Below, piece by piece: positions 23,359 to 37,900 of a DNA stretch of 64,000 bases; positions within the stretch are counted from its first letter, which is position 1; each line of letters opens with the position of its first letter. Source of the DNA: Gordius albopunctatus. Lineage: Eukaryota. Made by a program: the position numbers and the translations under genes. The DNA lies in assembly GCA_964276515.1 (NCBI GenBank), contig OZ193909.1:13454001-13518000 (forward strand). Direction: 5' to 3'. The notes beneath the pieces are model-generated. The model did no database searches. It worked only from the letters and a program-made list of their open reading frames with translations, and was not told where the DNA came from.

Positions 23359-24839
23359 TCAAAACTCAACGTTATTACGCTGCTGGTGAGAGTCGGTCAA
23401 GGAGTGGGCCGGCTGCTGAAATCTCTTCAAAATGCTCCGAGCCCGCGCTTGAGAGGATGGCAAATTTTGCCGGAGAAATCGTAAGAGGCGAGAAACCATG
23501 ACGTAGGCTGTGAGAGCAAACATGGCCACGCACAGGGCAAAAGAACCGACCCAAAAAATGACAAAACCCGCGACAAGGGTAGCTATCGATAGGAGCGTAC
23601 CTATTTGTAGCAAAGGTTAATATTAGGTAAAATAAAGGTGGCCAATAGATAGTATTTAACGCCCGTCAAGGGCAATTTTATAACGAGCTTTTAGATCCCC
23701 CCAAATCATTTGGTGATAAATTATAGGCGATTTTTGAAGGTCTGGTCTAGGTAACCCTGGTTTATTATAGCGATTTAAATTTACGAGCGTTATACTGAAG
23801 CCTGTGCTAAAGAAATAGAGATGCGCCCTTGTTGGCATATATTTGTATTTGGTGATAAATTATGGAAGATTTTTGAAGGTCTGCTGGTTAAGTAAACCTT
23901 GATTTATTATAGCTATTAAAATGTGCGAGTGGTTATTGGCAAAAGGTAGTCATACTAAAGCCTGTGCTAAAGAAAAATTATGAGTTGATCATGTGACAAG
24001 GCACAGATATGCGCTCTTGATGGCAGATATTTGTATCATATTGAACATGGTCACTCATAACTACAGCACCTCACCAATTAAATATTAAAGAGGCCCTAAA
24101 AACGGGAACATTTAGCAATTAATACCCTTCCTATCCTAATACCATTTTCGATTTTTTACCCGCACACTACCGCTGAATTAACAAAATTTAAGACCTATAA
24201 TTAAGACAAAAAAACAATTTGTAGCTTTACAAATAAAAACCTTGAATGTAAAACAGATAAAACCGTCACCTTCAAAATATTCACTTGAGCCCCTCTAAAC
24301 CTCAAAATTTGTTACAACAATTTTTAAAAATTATTTCAAAAAATGTTCATTTTGCCCCCCCCCCCCAATAATTATTGTCTCTAACTAATTCCAATCCCGG
24401 CTACGGCCACCCCTAATCAAGACTTCAATAACGGTGATCGCCTCAATATTGACAATTAAAGGTAATAAAATGCTGCAAATTTTATCAATTCACATATTGG
24501 GTTGGGACTACCTTCGATGAGGATGAAGCCGAAAAAGGTGAAACAAAAAGAACCCACCATGAAGGTTAAAAACATGGCGATGGGTAAGAGGGTAAAAGCA
24601 AAAACCGTCCCCCCCACAAAAGTATGATAGGGTTTGACGCGGGCGTAATCGCGGAGCGAGCGGTATGCTGGATAAGTCTCGACCCGGCCGGCGGCGGTAG
24701 ACAGAGCGCCTTGGATATTGTGATACACCGCTTTGGCTGCAGCTGCCTTGGCATCGAGGCTCGACCCGGAATTATGATAATTCTGAGCTCCTCCGGCGCG
24801 ATTGCTAGAGTTTGTCGTACTGGGGCTGGTTGTGTCCAT
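23359..24839 (-). CDS. LDAF1: Promethin / lipid droplet assembly factor 1 (TMEM159)-like membrane protein, 189 aa
   Basis: Exons 24512-24839 and 23359-23600 joined by phase-1 GT-AG intron; long hydrophobic double hairpin Y...KPYHTFVGGTVFAFTLLPIAMFLTFMVGSFCFTFFGFILIEGTLLSIATLVAGFVIFWVG...AYVMVSRL matches recalled promethin pattern (HPF...VPV..F...GVIILEG..IS). Confidence 0.8.
23709..24038. repeat. Diverged two-unit tandem duplication in LDAF1 intron
   Basis: ttggtgataaattat...gcctgtgctaaagaaa...gatgcgcccttg repeated at ~23709 and ~23849. Confidence 0.7.
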
Positions 24840-27800
24840 GAAGGGAATCGATTTTTTGTATTCGGAAATCAGGGCTAAAGAGAGAAGGAATCGCAAAATT
24901 GAGGGAAATTAGATTGAGGCAAATTTAATGTTGAGCTGACGTTGGGTTAACAAACTCAGAGTTAGGCTCAAGATACGCGGCTGGCAAAACATGTTAAAAT
25001 CTGGTTTGCCCACAATATGATGGGTTTAGTGCAACCGTTAAACTAAATCAAATTTTGGGAAATATGGTTTAGCTATCACAATTTATGCAAAATTATTTGA
25101 AGCTGATTTTTAACTTTAAAAGACGATCGTCACTCTAAATGATTAAATATAATATACAAAAATTATATAGTTTTATCAAAAAATTAAACGAGTCGAGTTA
25201 CGTGTTTTAAGCACATTTGCTAAACAATAAATCAGGGTTAATAATAAAGTTAGAATTCCAAAATAAAACATGATTTCGTAGAGAATTTATATAAAACAGT
25301 TCTAATAGATGACTTAGAAAGTGTTATAGAATCAAATATTGATAAGCAAATAGCTTTTATTTCTTTTAATAAAATTATATAAACACATAAACAATGTAAA
25401 ATACCCACTAGAGATGTTAAGTGTGAAAGTTGAATTTATTATAATATCGAATTGAATCAAAGAACATGGCGTTTTTTTTAAATTTAAAGATTTTTAAGCG
25501 AATAAAATTTATCTATAGATAGAATTAATTACCTCTCCTAGCCATACATCGTAGGCGTTAAAACAAAAATGTCCAATGTCAACAAATCATATTTCGACGG
25601 TCCGTAAGGTTAATTTCGAGGAAAGGTTAAGGTATGAGTAAAGGACAAGTTTGACTTAAAAGGTCGAATAATCTTCCTTAGTGTTAAGTTTTAGTCACGT
25701 TAATTTAAGGTTTGACCGAAAAACGCAAAAACAGAGAACGTGAGATAGATATAATAGTGGTAGACATTTAGCATCGCGGGAAGAAAGTGCGCTAAAATCG
25801 ATAAGTCAATATTATTTTACTATTGCCCGGGCCCCGGGGTCCTTAGGCTAAAGCGGGGGAGATGAAAAACATAGATGGTCGGAGAGTGGGGAATAAAAAG
25901 TTTTGGAGATAACTTTAAAAAACCGAAAGGCAAGGGGGAAGGGGGTGGCTGGAAAAAAATATTAATTTTTAGCGCAAAAAAAACACGAATTTAGCTGCAA
26001 GTTTCATGCGCCGTGTAGCTAGCTATAGGTGTCATCGGAATGGCCTTCGAACCTCAATCGTGAGCTGAGGGGGTTATAGATAAGGCGCGAGACGCGAGAG
26101 CGCAAAAAAACTAGTATAAAATAAAGGTGTACGTACGTGTAGCAGTTTTTGGGAAAAACTTATTTCGAGTATATAAAAAGTTAACAATCAAGTTTTTTTG
26201 AACAAATTTATTATTAGTAGTAGTTAATAAGCAAATGTTTATATAGGAATAGCACTATATCATTGATATTCATAAGTCAAAAGGAAGAATTATTTGGGAA
26301 ATATTGTAAATAAAAAGTAAAAAAATTAATGTTTCATAATTATAGGATGTTTTACAATTTTAACCGTTTTTCTTCGTTAGGCTCTAGAACAATTTTAAAG
26401 TGCTTCTTGAAAATCCGGATCGAAACATTTTACAGTCCCAAATTTGATGTCCCAAACGCATGGGAATAGACCATAGAGAAATTTCCATTAACACCCAGCT
26501 TATAAAATCAAAGTGGAAGGAAACATGGCGTAAGGATGCTAGCCAAACTTTTAACAGCCCTAACGTAGAATTTAAATTCAAATTGAACCAGTTGCTTTTT
26601 GCCTCAACACCCCATCATTCAAGTTCCTTCAAGAATACTGGCTATATTAAAAGTTAAAGTTAGCTTATTTACATTAAAAAGTTGAGAGTTAGTTGTGCGT
26701 CGGAATGCAAAATCGGGTTTTAAGGCACGCCCGCTTGCCTTTTAAACGGTCCCCCTGCTGAGTTGAATATCGCGTAACAACCAAATGGAAAAGGCGACCT
26801 TCTGTCAACATATGCATAGCACACGTACACACAAATAGCAATTTTTTCATAATAAAGCTTTAAAAATAGAAATATATTTAAATTAATTGCGCAAATTCAA
26901 TGTTGGCTGGCACTAGGCAACAAAGGGAAAGTTTCTAGTAAAACACGTAGGAATTTCGCTCGCTTCCCTAATTTAATGTTAATATAATAAATCAAAATAA
27001 TTTGTCTGCTGATCGTACTACATATTTCAAAGTGGTTTCGTATAAAAACCTGAGTTTTGTGAAATATTTCATTCAATAACCGTTAGTGTGATAAGTTTAA
27101 AAGCGCGTAAAAATGAAATGCTTCCTCCACGGTCGATTTCTTGGGCATTTTAAGAGCAATTAGGCATATGGAAATACTATTATTTTACGACATCAATTAT
27201 TTAACCGACACTTGTATTGGTAAAAATTTGAGCGATCGGGTGATGATGACGCGTAAAAGACTAGTGTTCCCCCTGCATTATTTAGTTCCGTGTTAATAGG
27301 TGTGGTGGCACTTGTTTAAATTATGGATGGAATCGATATTTGGGGGAAATTTAATATAGTAAAAATATAAGTTCCAAGAGAATTTTGTTCTTTATAAAGT
27401 GATAATAATTTGGGAAAAGGGAACTTTAAATTAGAACTTAAATTATGGCCTTCTGTTATGTGTAAAAACATAAATTTCCCACATTTCTGACGTTAAAAAT
27501 CTCCAAATTGACTTTATTCACGTGCAAAGCGGCGGTACAAATATGAAGAAACTGGGTATAAAATATATCTTCAAAGATCTTATTAAAGTTAAATGGTTAA
27601 AACAGATTGTTTTGGCAAAAATTAATGGCTCCTTACCTTTATTTTACATGGATGCTGCAAATTTATTAAGTATAAAAAGAAATAATCCTTTGAACAACCA
27701 AATTTTGCCGACGTCCATCTTTTTATTCTGGTGAGAAAACATTAATTACATCCACGAGGTTTGGCTCTTCCACAATTTTATTTGAACCAAGTAAGTTATA

Positions 27801-28223
27801 TGGAGTCGTTAACACAATAATTCCTGGGATTTAGAAATAGATGAATCTTCATTTTTCTTTAATAATTGCAGATTATCAACATTGCTTACTTCGAACTTTT
27901 TTTATAGTCCAGTCGTGTGGAATTTTAATTTTAAAAGATTTTTAAACGCAAACTTACATCACCAATGAAAATAAGTTTTCCTCCTTAATTTTAATGGAAA
28001 GATAGATCCATTCTTATTTTAATTAATAACTTCACAAAAAATGTTAAACATAATTCACTAAAAAACGAGCCGATTTAACGTTCTCAATATCATAACTCTT
28101 ATAATTTTGACTATGTCCACAATATTATGCGAAAAACGGTATTTTTAATATCGATATAAAAGTTAGTGCTTCAAATAGGTATATTTGAAGAAATGTCTTC
28201 CTATCATTTTTAAGTAAACATTA

Positions 28224-28520
28224 GGGCTTGTCTTAATATCGGATTCAGCTGCGCAGCAAAAATCGTTCGAGGGGTTATAACATAACAACCGTGTCTTAGC
28301 TTCGAATTCACAGCAGATTTGCGTATTAGGCGCATAACATATCAGCGATTTTTTAAGATGCAAATTTTTTCTTAAGCTTAAATGTTGTTAAATTTATAGG
28401 TAACAACAAAGTTTAGATTTAATATCCAGAGTTGAAATGAACAAGGAACGTTTTTATCGGATATTTAGACAAAGATAAATTCGCGCGATTTAAATCTGAA
28501 TCCGATGTTAAGGCAAGCCC
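28224..28520. mobile_element. PIF/Harbinger (Tourist-like) MITE
   Basis: TIR gggcttgtcttaatatcggattcag, TTA TSD. Confidence 0.85.
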
Positions 28521-31500
28521 TTAAGCTCATAAGGTTTAAGAAAATAGAAAACTTATTTGTACAATACTAAAACTAGCATTTTTCCTTGGTGTCAATGACA
28601 AAAACGCTCAGGCGGGCCAGCCACAGCTACTAGGCAGCTAAAATTGTTCAAGAGCCATGTATGGGATTTTAAAGGGCGCAACACCGCCAAATGGAGTCAT
28701 TCTTAGGTTAAAAAATCAGGTCTTTGCAAAGTAGGTAAGAGTACATGTTGGTCCCCTATTTCCCTTGTAGTTTTGTGGTTTGCTCTTTTTGAGATGGGGC
28801 ATTAAAGATATTTAATAGAAATCTTAATACTGGCCAATCTGTCATTTTAAATTTACAATTTAAGTATTTTATACTCGATTCGCCTGAAAATTTCTCTTAT
28901 TAAACTTAAATAGACTTGTGCTAAATGGAGGTGCATGTAGATAAGCAAAGGCTTGCAGATTTATAAGACTTAATTATAAATTTAAATAAAAAGATTAATC
29001 TTGATGACAACTATATATATAGTTGTAAAAAAATTAATAATCTAAATATATGGGCAGTATAAATTAAAATTTGACACTTATCTGCCTCTAAATTCATGCA
29101 AATATTATATAAATAAATCTTTAGGATTTGGTCAAAAAGAAGTTTAATGGCATATAGGTATATATTGATGATTGCAAATGTAACATATGCTTGATATGGA
29201 TGCTTTTTATTATTAAATTATATAAATAGATTTGGCTAAAAAGTTTACAGAAAATAAAATTGAATCCACAGCTTAATTGGAAAGCCTAGCTATGGTTAAT
29301 ATTAATGGTAATTTAGTCAACATTATGGTAAATTGCCTAAGGTATTCATAATAAATTTGGCATAGGATTCCAAACCAAAGTATGATGAAAAATAACCTTG
29401 GAAATGTTATGAGAATTGCATTATTGATAAAGATATAGATTATTAATGGAGAATAATATTAATTTAGCAAAATAATTCTATCTTTGTTTCATAATAGCAT
29501 AATATAAGCTCTTCTGCATATTTTAATAAAAATCTATTCATATTGACAATTATTAAAACATAGCATTCAAGTAAATATGCCTTAATTTACCTAATGCCAG
29601 AAGAAATAATTCCTTTAATTTCCAGTTTTTTAAATTTTTATTTTCATTTATAAACCAATAGGTGTAGCCAGGTTGGGATGACTGCCCCCTCTAAATCCAA
29701 AAATTCTTCAAAATTTTATATAATTATGGCAAAAACTACTAAAAAGTATCATTTACCCCTCCCTAAATTATTACTGCCTCTAGATATAATCCTGGATATG
29801 TAAACCCATGTAAAATAATATATGTATAAAAAATCACTTGAATAATATTGAATGCTGACAAAACATTGATAAAGTTAGTTAACATTATTCAATTAATTTG
29901 ATACATATAATAAATAAATGTTAAATATTTCTAAAGCAAACAAGTATTCTCTTCTCTATCATTATTATTAACATATTTACTTTCGTTTTTATAACTCATT
30001 GAATTCAAAATCCATATGGTCTAAAGAATATCGTCATAATGTATAAATAATAATATCAACCAACTCGTCACTTTTAAATCGCTGGATCAATACGTTTTAT
30101 CATATTTAGGTTGAGATTTGGTTCAGTCAGGATAGGATATTTTTTCTACATCTGAAATAATAAGCAAACAAACATTCACAAATGTTTGTAACCTGATATT
30201 AAGTCATTTTATTAAAAAATTAAAGTAAGGGAATGCTTTTGTTTGCAAAAGTTTGCAAGTTTACCTTCCGAAATGAGTTCCAATCAAATCTTTTGCTTCA
30301 ATATCTTTTTTATCAATAAATTAATTTACTAACTATTTAAAAGGTGCTTGTTTAATTATATTAATAAAAATATTAGAAATAATATGAAATACTATTGATT
30401 CAAATCTTTAGAGTTTAATACTTGAATAATGTATACTTATGACTATTATGCGTTTTAATAGATTGTTATTAAAAAGTTATGCAGCATCTAAACTTAACAA
30501 GAGAAGCCTTTATTGGCTTTTCTACTCCTGCGAATTCTTTTAAATTGGCACAAGTCTTATCCATATTTTCATGTCAATGTTGCAATAGGTTTCTATGTAA
30601 AAAGACGTTCCTTCGCTTAATTTTGGCGACCAGGCCAGGGATGAGAGGTTCTAGCCGGGGTCGAACAAAAATGAATAAGTGAAATCGGTTAGGGTCGGAG
30701 GACAGTCTGACCCAAAGTTCTGACCCTATCCGAAGCAAACCCTAGTCAGCAAATCATTTAAAAATAACTTTTGAAAAAGGAGTTTATACAAACTAAAAGA
30801 TATTGGTTCCAGCTTCTCTCCCCTGTCTTTGAACTTTGAAGTCGTAAAATATCATCTTTATCAAAATTTAAATAGAGAATTCAACAATTTAAAATTCCTG
30901 CCCATTTGGTTCGTATTAAAGATTGAAAATAGGATCAGGTTCGGGTTAAGAATTATAAAATGTTGAGCTTGGACAGAATTGAAACATACATTGGGCTTGG
31001 GCCGATTAAATACGATTTCGCAGGACTCTCCTCTTGCCTATTTGAAAATTTTTTGTTACATAATTTGATTTGTACAAAGTGTTTGGCATCAGGGTATACC
31101 TGAACAAAGAGCAAATTTAATTTTTAGATATCTATTAACGTGTATATATGTTAATCACATAAAATTTGGCGTTCGTTACACAACTTAGCGGTATTTTTAT
31201 CCTTTTATGAGGTGCCGAAAGACATTTTAAAAGGAATAATATGACCACATATAGACTTGGCTGAATGTTTTATATTTGAAGCTTACGCAACTAAACAGGT
31301 ATTTTGACAAGTGATCAACTTTACTAGCAAATCTTCAATTGCTAATTTGTGGGTAGTCTATGATAAATAATTGTAGGCATATCTTTCGGTGCGTAATTTG
31401 TTCTACCGTCGACCCTACAAGCGATTGGGCCCGTCCGGTAGCGATTTTTCTCAAACTATTTGTTTGAACTTATTATGGTTAAATTAAGATGGGTAAAATT

Positions 31501-32776
31501 TATGTGTAATGAATGTATGTATGAAAATCAATACAATTTAAATACATGCTAAAAATTTCATATCAAAATTTATATCTTTTTATCTCCGTTCCAAAGACCT
31601 GACTGGTTATCAAACCACACTAGGCCAAAGAACAACCTTATCTGGTGAGACGGAAAAGGGTAAGTTGTCATAAATACAAAATTTTAAAATCCATAATTAA
31701 AACATTTTGGCAAAATAGATGTTAGCGCCCCCCCCCCATATCTTAACCCTTACCTTATTTTCTTAAATCATTTGGATGAAAATTGAAAAAACCATTTAAT
31801 CAAATGTAGGATGGTACCATAATTTACAAACAAAATTTTGAAAGTGGACGAAAAAAAGTAAATAATGTTTAATTTCTAAAGTTTGCAATATGCAGATATA
31901 AATATTTTTGGAACTTCGTTAAGTTATAAATAATCGCCGCAGGAAAATATTTTATTTATGTGCAAAAATTACATTGAGGTATTTAGATTTACTAGTAACA
32001 ATCTCTAACACTTTATTTTTGACATTTTTGGTAAAATTAAATTGAAGTAAGAAACACTGATTTTTAATCTAAATCTAATCTAAGAAAAATTTAACATTAC
32101 CTTTTTATAAATTAATGCTATTTTAAATTTTAATAGCCCACTCAATAAATTTAATATCTAATCCAGGCGTAAGTAATAAAGTTCAGCCTTTAAGTACAAA
32201 GCTATTGTAAACATGCAATTTATTACATTTGAAATCTAAAAGTTAATCACTAACTTTGTTTTAAAGCCAAACACAACACTATAATAATTTTTATTTTATT
32301 TCGAACAACTCTTTTTCTGGTATTTATTTGGTAATAGCTTGTAATTTAATTATAAATATGGATACATAGAACTTAAAAACATATACACACTTAAATAGTT
32401 TTAAAAATTTTAATAAGTCTAAATATGGAGTATAAACGTTGAATACCACCTTAAAATTAACAAAACCAAATCATTCGGACACCATTAAATGAGTTGTAAT
32501 TGATTATAATTTTAGAACAACTTCATGTTGGACTGACAATTACTTATAATACTTTGTATTTATATTATACCATGTGATAACTAAAAAAATTTAGAAGAGG
32601 GGCAATATTATTAATTTTTTTAAATAAAAAGCAAGGTTATCTTTGGGCTAATTGTTGTTTTTCATGGACATCATTTGGAACATATTGAGCATTGTATCAG
32701 CCGCCGCTATTCCGGGTTAAAATTAGCTCGCATACTAGTATGTTTAGTATTAACTATTTAATTTTTGCACGTCTAA

Positions 32777-33959
32777 GGGCTTGTCTTAATATCGGATTCA
32801 GATTTAAATGGCGCGAATTTATCTTTAGCAAATATTGGATTCAATTTTATGTGTCAATCAAACTCGTTTGTAATTATTAATATTTTGTTTTTTGATAGTT
32901 AAAAACGTTTTTTTTGTTTATTTTAACTCTTTAGATTAATCGCTGTTATGTTATGCGTCCGAATCCGAAATGTAAATCTGCTGTGAATTCGAAGTTAAGA
33001 CACGGCTATGTTATAACCCGTATTAGAGATCTGCAACGGGGCGTTATTAGAAGTTCGACCCGCCCGTAATTTTTTTTCGACACTTCAGGCCCGTCCTTAA
33101 ATTTTCCAGGCCCGTTTGCACCCTTTAGAAAGACGTCAGGCCCGCCCAAGCCCGTTCAAATTAAATAAAAAAAACTCCGCGCCCGGACTTATCAAAAATT
33201 TCACAAAATTTTATTTTATTTTTTGTCATATTAATAAGAAACATCAATAATTATCATGCAAAAATAATAAAGGATCAATTATTTCTGGATTTAATACACC
33301 TAAAAAATTTAAATATAGAACCACCATGAAATTACTTTAAATATGAGAATATTCCACTTTAAACAATTTATACTTTTATTTGACTAATTAAAGTTAATAA
33401 TGTAAGAAGTTACAATTCAGTATTACGATTAAATTAAAATACTTTACAAAATTACATGAGAATATTCAATTTGTGATAAAATTAAACACAGAAATTTTGG
33501 TAAATTGAAACTAAGTAATTGAACTTATATATAAAAGAATATACGAAGGTATAATCTTGAATTATGTAAACGAAAATCTATAGCAAATAAAATAAAAATG
33601 GTTTAAGGTCAAATTTAGCGCTTGAAAAGGGAATCAATGCTACAGGATTCACAAAAATTAGAGGTCAAAAATTAAACAATTAATAATCTATATATTTAAT
33701 AAAAATCATAAATTTATTAAGAATCTTTGTGATTCCATGACTATTTATATAATCTCTGGCCTGTTCAAGCCCGTTTATAAAATATCAGGCCCGTTCAAGC
33801 GCGTTAAAAAAATCTCAAGCCCACCCGAGCCCGCTCCATTAATTGTTAAGCCCGTCCGGGCCCGGCCCGTTCAAATTTTGATGATACAAAGCCCGTCCTT
33901 ACCCGCCCACGGGCCGGGCCTGCCCGTGCAGATCTCTAACCCGTATATATGACAAGCCC
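32777..33959. mobile_element. PIF/Harbinger MITE interrupted by hAT element
   Basis: gggcttgtc...gacaagccc, TAA TSD; opposite orientation to the copies at 28224 and 62842. Confidence 0.85.
33024..33938. mobile_element. Non-autonomous hAT element (TAGAGATCTGCA family)
   Basis: Same TIRs and interior as 11371-12457; perfect 8-bp TSD acccgtat. Confidence 0.92.
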
Positions 33960-34695
33960 TAAGCTCGAATCAAAGTGTCATTTTAACATTCTCAAAATCA
34001 TATTATTTGACAATAAACTGGACAAATAATGTATTATCTTCTCAGCAAGCTATTGCAAAAGTTTAGTTTATAAGTTTTTATTAAAAATTATAAATGGCAA
34101 ATGGGTACGTACTTAAAATAATTATGTTTACCTTCTAGCTTAAATACAGCTAGTTATTGTTAATCATTTAGAGTGTGTAAATTGGGATTTAGCTTCCAGG
34201 ATTGGTTAGGAATATGTGGTAACATCGGAAAAATAATTTTTTTAATGGAATATTAAACAAAAAACAAATGGAGGAGGTGGGGGCGCATATAGGAATTACA
34301 AAAATAAATAATAATATAAAACAAAAAGTATGACTCTATTTGCATTTGCATATGTTCAAGCATGGGCGTAGCCAGGGGGGAGCAGGGCCCCCTCTAAATG
34401 ACAAAAAAATTGCCAACACAAAAACCCGTAAAAATTAAAAAAAGTATGTTTTGCCCCCCCCCCCCCAATTGAACTAAAAACATTTTCGCCCGCCCCCCTA
34501 ATCATGTGTTTAAAATAATGCAAAATGAAAATGTTCATAGTATTGCTGAAAATTAAATATATAAATGTAAATTATTTATGAATAGTATTAATTTGTCTCC
34601 TATCAATGTAGCTGCGCACTAAATTCACATTAAAAGTAGTTCCTTTTTTGCACTTCATTAATATTGACTTTATGAAACAAAAGCCGAAATTTTAC

Positions 34696-34990
34696 CGGTA
34701 AAGGCTCTAAAATTTTCCGATTGAAAGTAGAGGTTGAGCGATAGTTTGATACCCCAGCACTTTGGTTGTGTCCCGTTGGCTTTGTTGTAGGGTTGGGTTT
34801 GGGTTGCGGCTTTGGTTTGGTGACAAAAATTTGTTGTCAGGAAAATGTTATTATAGCTTGGGCCCTGTTCGGGAGCTTGGATACAATGTGAAATTTTGGA
34901 AAGACCGTTGAGCTTTCGCGATTTATTGTCGGGATAAAGATCACGATTCAACCCGTTAATATTGATGTTTTTGGTTTGACTATGATCCAT
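34696..34990 (-). CDS. Putative coding exon (98 codons), possibly upstream exon of LDAF1
   Basis: GC-richer open frame, acceptor-like ccctgccctag 2 nt before ATG, donor G|GTAAAA in phase 1. Confidence 0.4.
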
Positions 34991-37900
34991 AGCTAGGGCA
35001 GGGATAGGACTATGTTAATCTATTTTGCTACCAAAAGGTTAGGCAAATTATCCAGTCTAAATCGAGGTTTTAAAACGGTTGGTTTTAAAAGGTGCGAGGC
35101 ATTCAAATTACTGTTCGCCGTTTTTTTTATTTTAGGTCAAATTTCTATTTTCCTAAATCTAAGAGTGGGAAGAACGAAGATGAAGGATTAAAATAATTTT
35201 GAGTTAACTCTTTTTGCAAAATACAATTAAGGTTGATCAAATGGATAAATAGCAGCACGCCGGTTGCTAGATAACATCTAACGGTATACAAAAACTTGGT
35301 TTGAGTAGACTTTTCACTTTTTAATCTAGAAAAAGGATGGGGGGAGTGAAAAGGATGTGGCATATAAGGCATTTTTCACTACATGTCTCGCCATTTTACA
35401 TAGTTGTTGTTGTTAATAACACTTTTAACTTTCCTGTACGAACAACTGGTTTCAAATTAACTTTCCTCTTTTGAGTTGTTTTATTTGTTCACAAGGATAG
35501 GATCAACAATGATAACTGCTTACTACACTTCTCCTCGATGACAATTTAAATTTCAATTAGGGGACACGTGTGTCTATGTGTATGTGTTGTATGTGGTGAG
35601 TTTGGTGTTATAATGTCGCGCATTATGAAACATGAGCCTTTGGGCTATCAGTCAACGAAGTGACGAATATTATCCCTTATTGATACGAGTTGTAGTAAGG
35701 CAACTTTTTTTACTCAATTCTAAAATAATTATGGATAACGGGCCTTTTTAATTTTGAAATATATAATTGAACTTATCTATCTATTTAGCCTTATTTTGAA
35801 TTAATTTAAAAAAATCACATAGTTATGTCTATTAAATGGACGTTGGACAATATGAGGAAAAGAATTGTATTGAATTACAACAGAATAATTCTTTATTCTC
35901 CATGAAACCTGAAACTCATGTCCTTAAAGGTCAGTCCCACCAACAAAGGCACATATATTTTATTTGTATATACTTTATTTTTAAACTTAATATAGGCGGA
36001 TGTACTTATTTATCCAATTAAATAAAAATTGCTGGTGAATTTAAGTTTTATAGAGCTAAAAAATTTGGTAGGGACAATTAGATGTCACACTTTTATCTTC
36101 TCGTAAAACAAATTGCTCCACGCATTCTATTTTAAGATTGATTAGCGATTTTTAAAATTCAGAAACCGTTTAAGGTAAAATAAACTTGTGGTGGTTGATA
36201 GAATAATCCAGGTTAATAACGCTGCTTTAAAGAAGTATCCATACCCGGTGGTTATTTTATATCAGAATTTATATAATTTTTCAAGTAAATTATTAGGCAG
36301 TTTTTCACGCATGGTTTTAGCTTCTTCATGGCTTTGAAAATTACATTGTTCTTTACTTCGATATGGATAAAATTGCATTCAGTAAAAAATTTAATCTTTA
36401 TGTTATAATAAGGTTATTTAAGAAGGGATGATCTGTGTTTAAATTTATACTTGGCTTTAATTTTATAAACTCGGTTTAAAATGTTAAAACAAATTTTGGG
36501 TTGAACTTTTAAATCCTTTTGGGTCGGTCGGCTTGAGGTTGGACTTTGCATGGCTCTAGGTCAGGCATAAATTACAGAGGAAGGGACGGGCGGGGGCTGC
36601 GTATGGTAAAATTTAACAAAATTATTTTTTGCTCAGCTTTATCTTGGCTACGCCCATGGTTACATTATATTATCAGAAAAAGACGTTCGTTCTCATCTTC
36701 CTTTTTTAAAATACCCAGAGTCTAAAAAAGAATTGGAATTAAATTTAGCGATTAAAATTGCGATTAATTGTTTTAGTAAAAATGAAGAAGAATATTTAGA
36801 AGGGCATCGTCTACCTACTTTTTCATGAAGGCTTATGTCATTTTTTTTATAAAAGCCAGATCAGGAGGAAACTATAAGCATAAAAATGCTTGATTGTAAA
36901 AAGTCCTTGTATTTTTAACTGGCAATCTTCGGCGAGTTCATGGGATCCTAATTGAGATTTGAAGGGACGAACAAGTGAATGCATTTAAAACCATTTTTGA
37001 GGAGACCCTTTTCCAATGAAACGAGTGATGACAGTTAGGCAGTTCTAGCAATGGAATATGGGTCTTTTTAAAGGCTAACTTTATCGTGATCTGGTTGTTT
37101 GAGCGCCTCAATTTCTTGAATTTATTCAATCTAAAGTCAAGGTTAACGGGCTTCTTCGTCACTAAGAAGTTGCAGTTTTCGCAAATATATGTTTTGTTAA
37201 TTTCATGCCTAGGCGTAGGGCTATATTGTAAGATGGCTCTCAATCCTCTTGCATCATACTGGAAAACTTGCTTGGATTCACTCTCTTACATAAGTTGTAC
37301 ACATAGGCTTAACTAGGATTTCCTCAAGAGAGGGGTTATAAAATTTTCAAGGTGAAATTTTTTTGTAACTATTTTTTTGGATAAAAATGTTTTTTTTCCT
37401 GAAAGGTTAAAGTGACAATAGCGTAAAGATAATAAATACTAATAGTAAAATTCCAACAAATATTTATTTTTATTAAATATACGATATAAAAATTAAATAA
37501 ATTGAAAATCATGGGAGGGGTTCTAACCCGAAAACTACCCCCTACCTATGCCAATGGTTGTACAAAACAGATAATGCAAAAATTGGTCATATTAATGCCT
37601 TTTAAATCAACTTGATTAGCGATTAAAAATTTAAACCTATATACACTAGCCTTAAATTAGATTGAGCAATTGAACCAGCCAATTTTACCTTTTAGACAAT
37701 TTTTGAATTATTAAACACCTTCATTTCATACAATAACCTCGAAAAATTCCGAGTTTTATCCTATAGTGTTGTATTGTAACAAGCAAAAATATTTTTATGT
37801 AGGGTGGAAAGGGGAAAATTTAAGTATATAATATAAACTATTATGATACAATTAAGCGGACGGGGGGGAGGAGTTATAAATTTTTTATACCAAATTGTAA

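Noticed and set aside
25551..25612. Plus-strand exon-like segment encoding MSNVNKSYFDGP with AG/GT borders
   Set aside because: No downstream exon in compatible phase could be found
34715..34737. LNLYFQS resembling TEV protease site ENLYFQS
   Set aside because: Lacks the Glu, no vector context; coincidence
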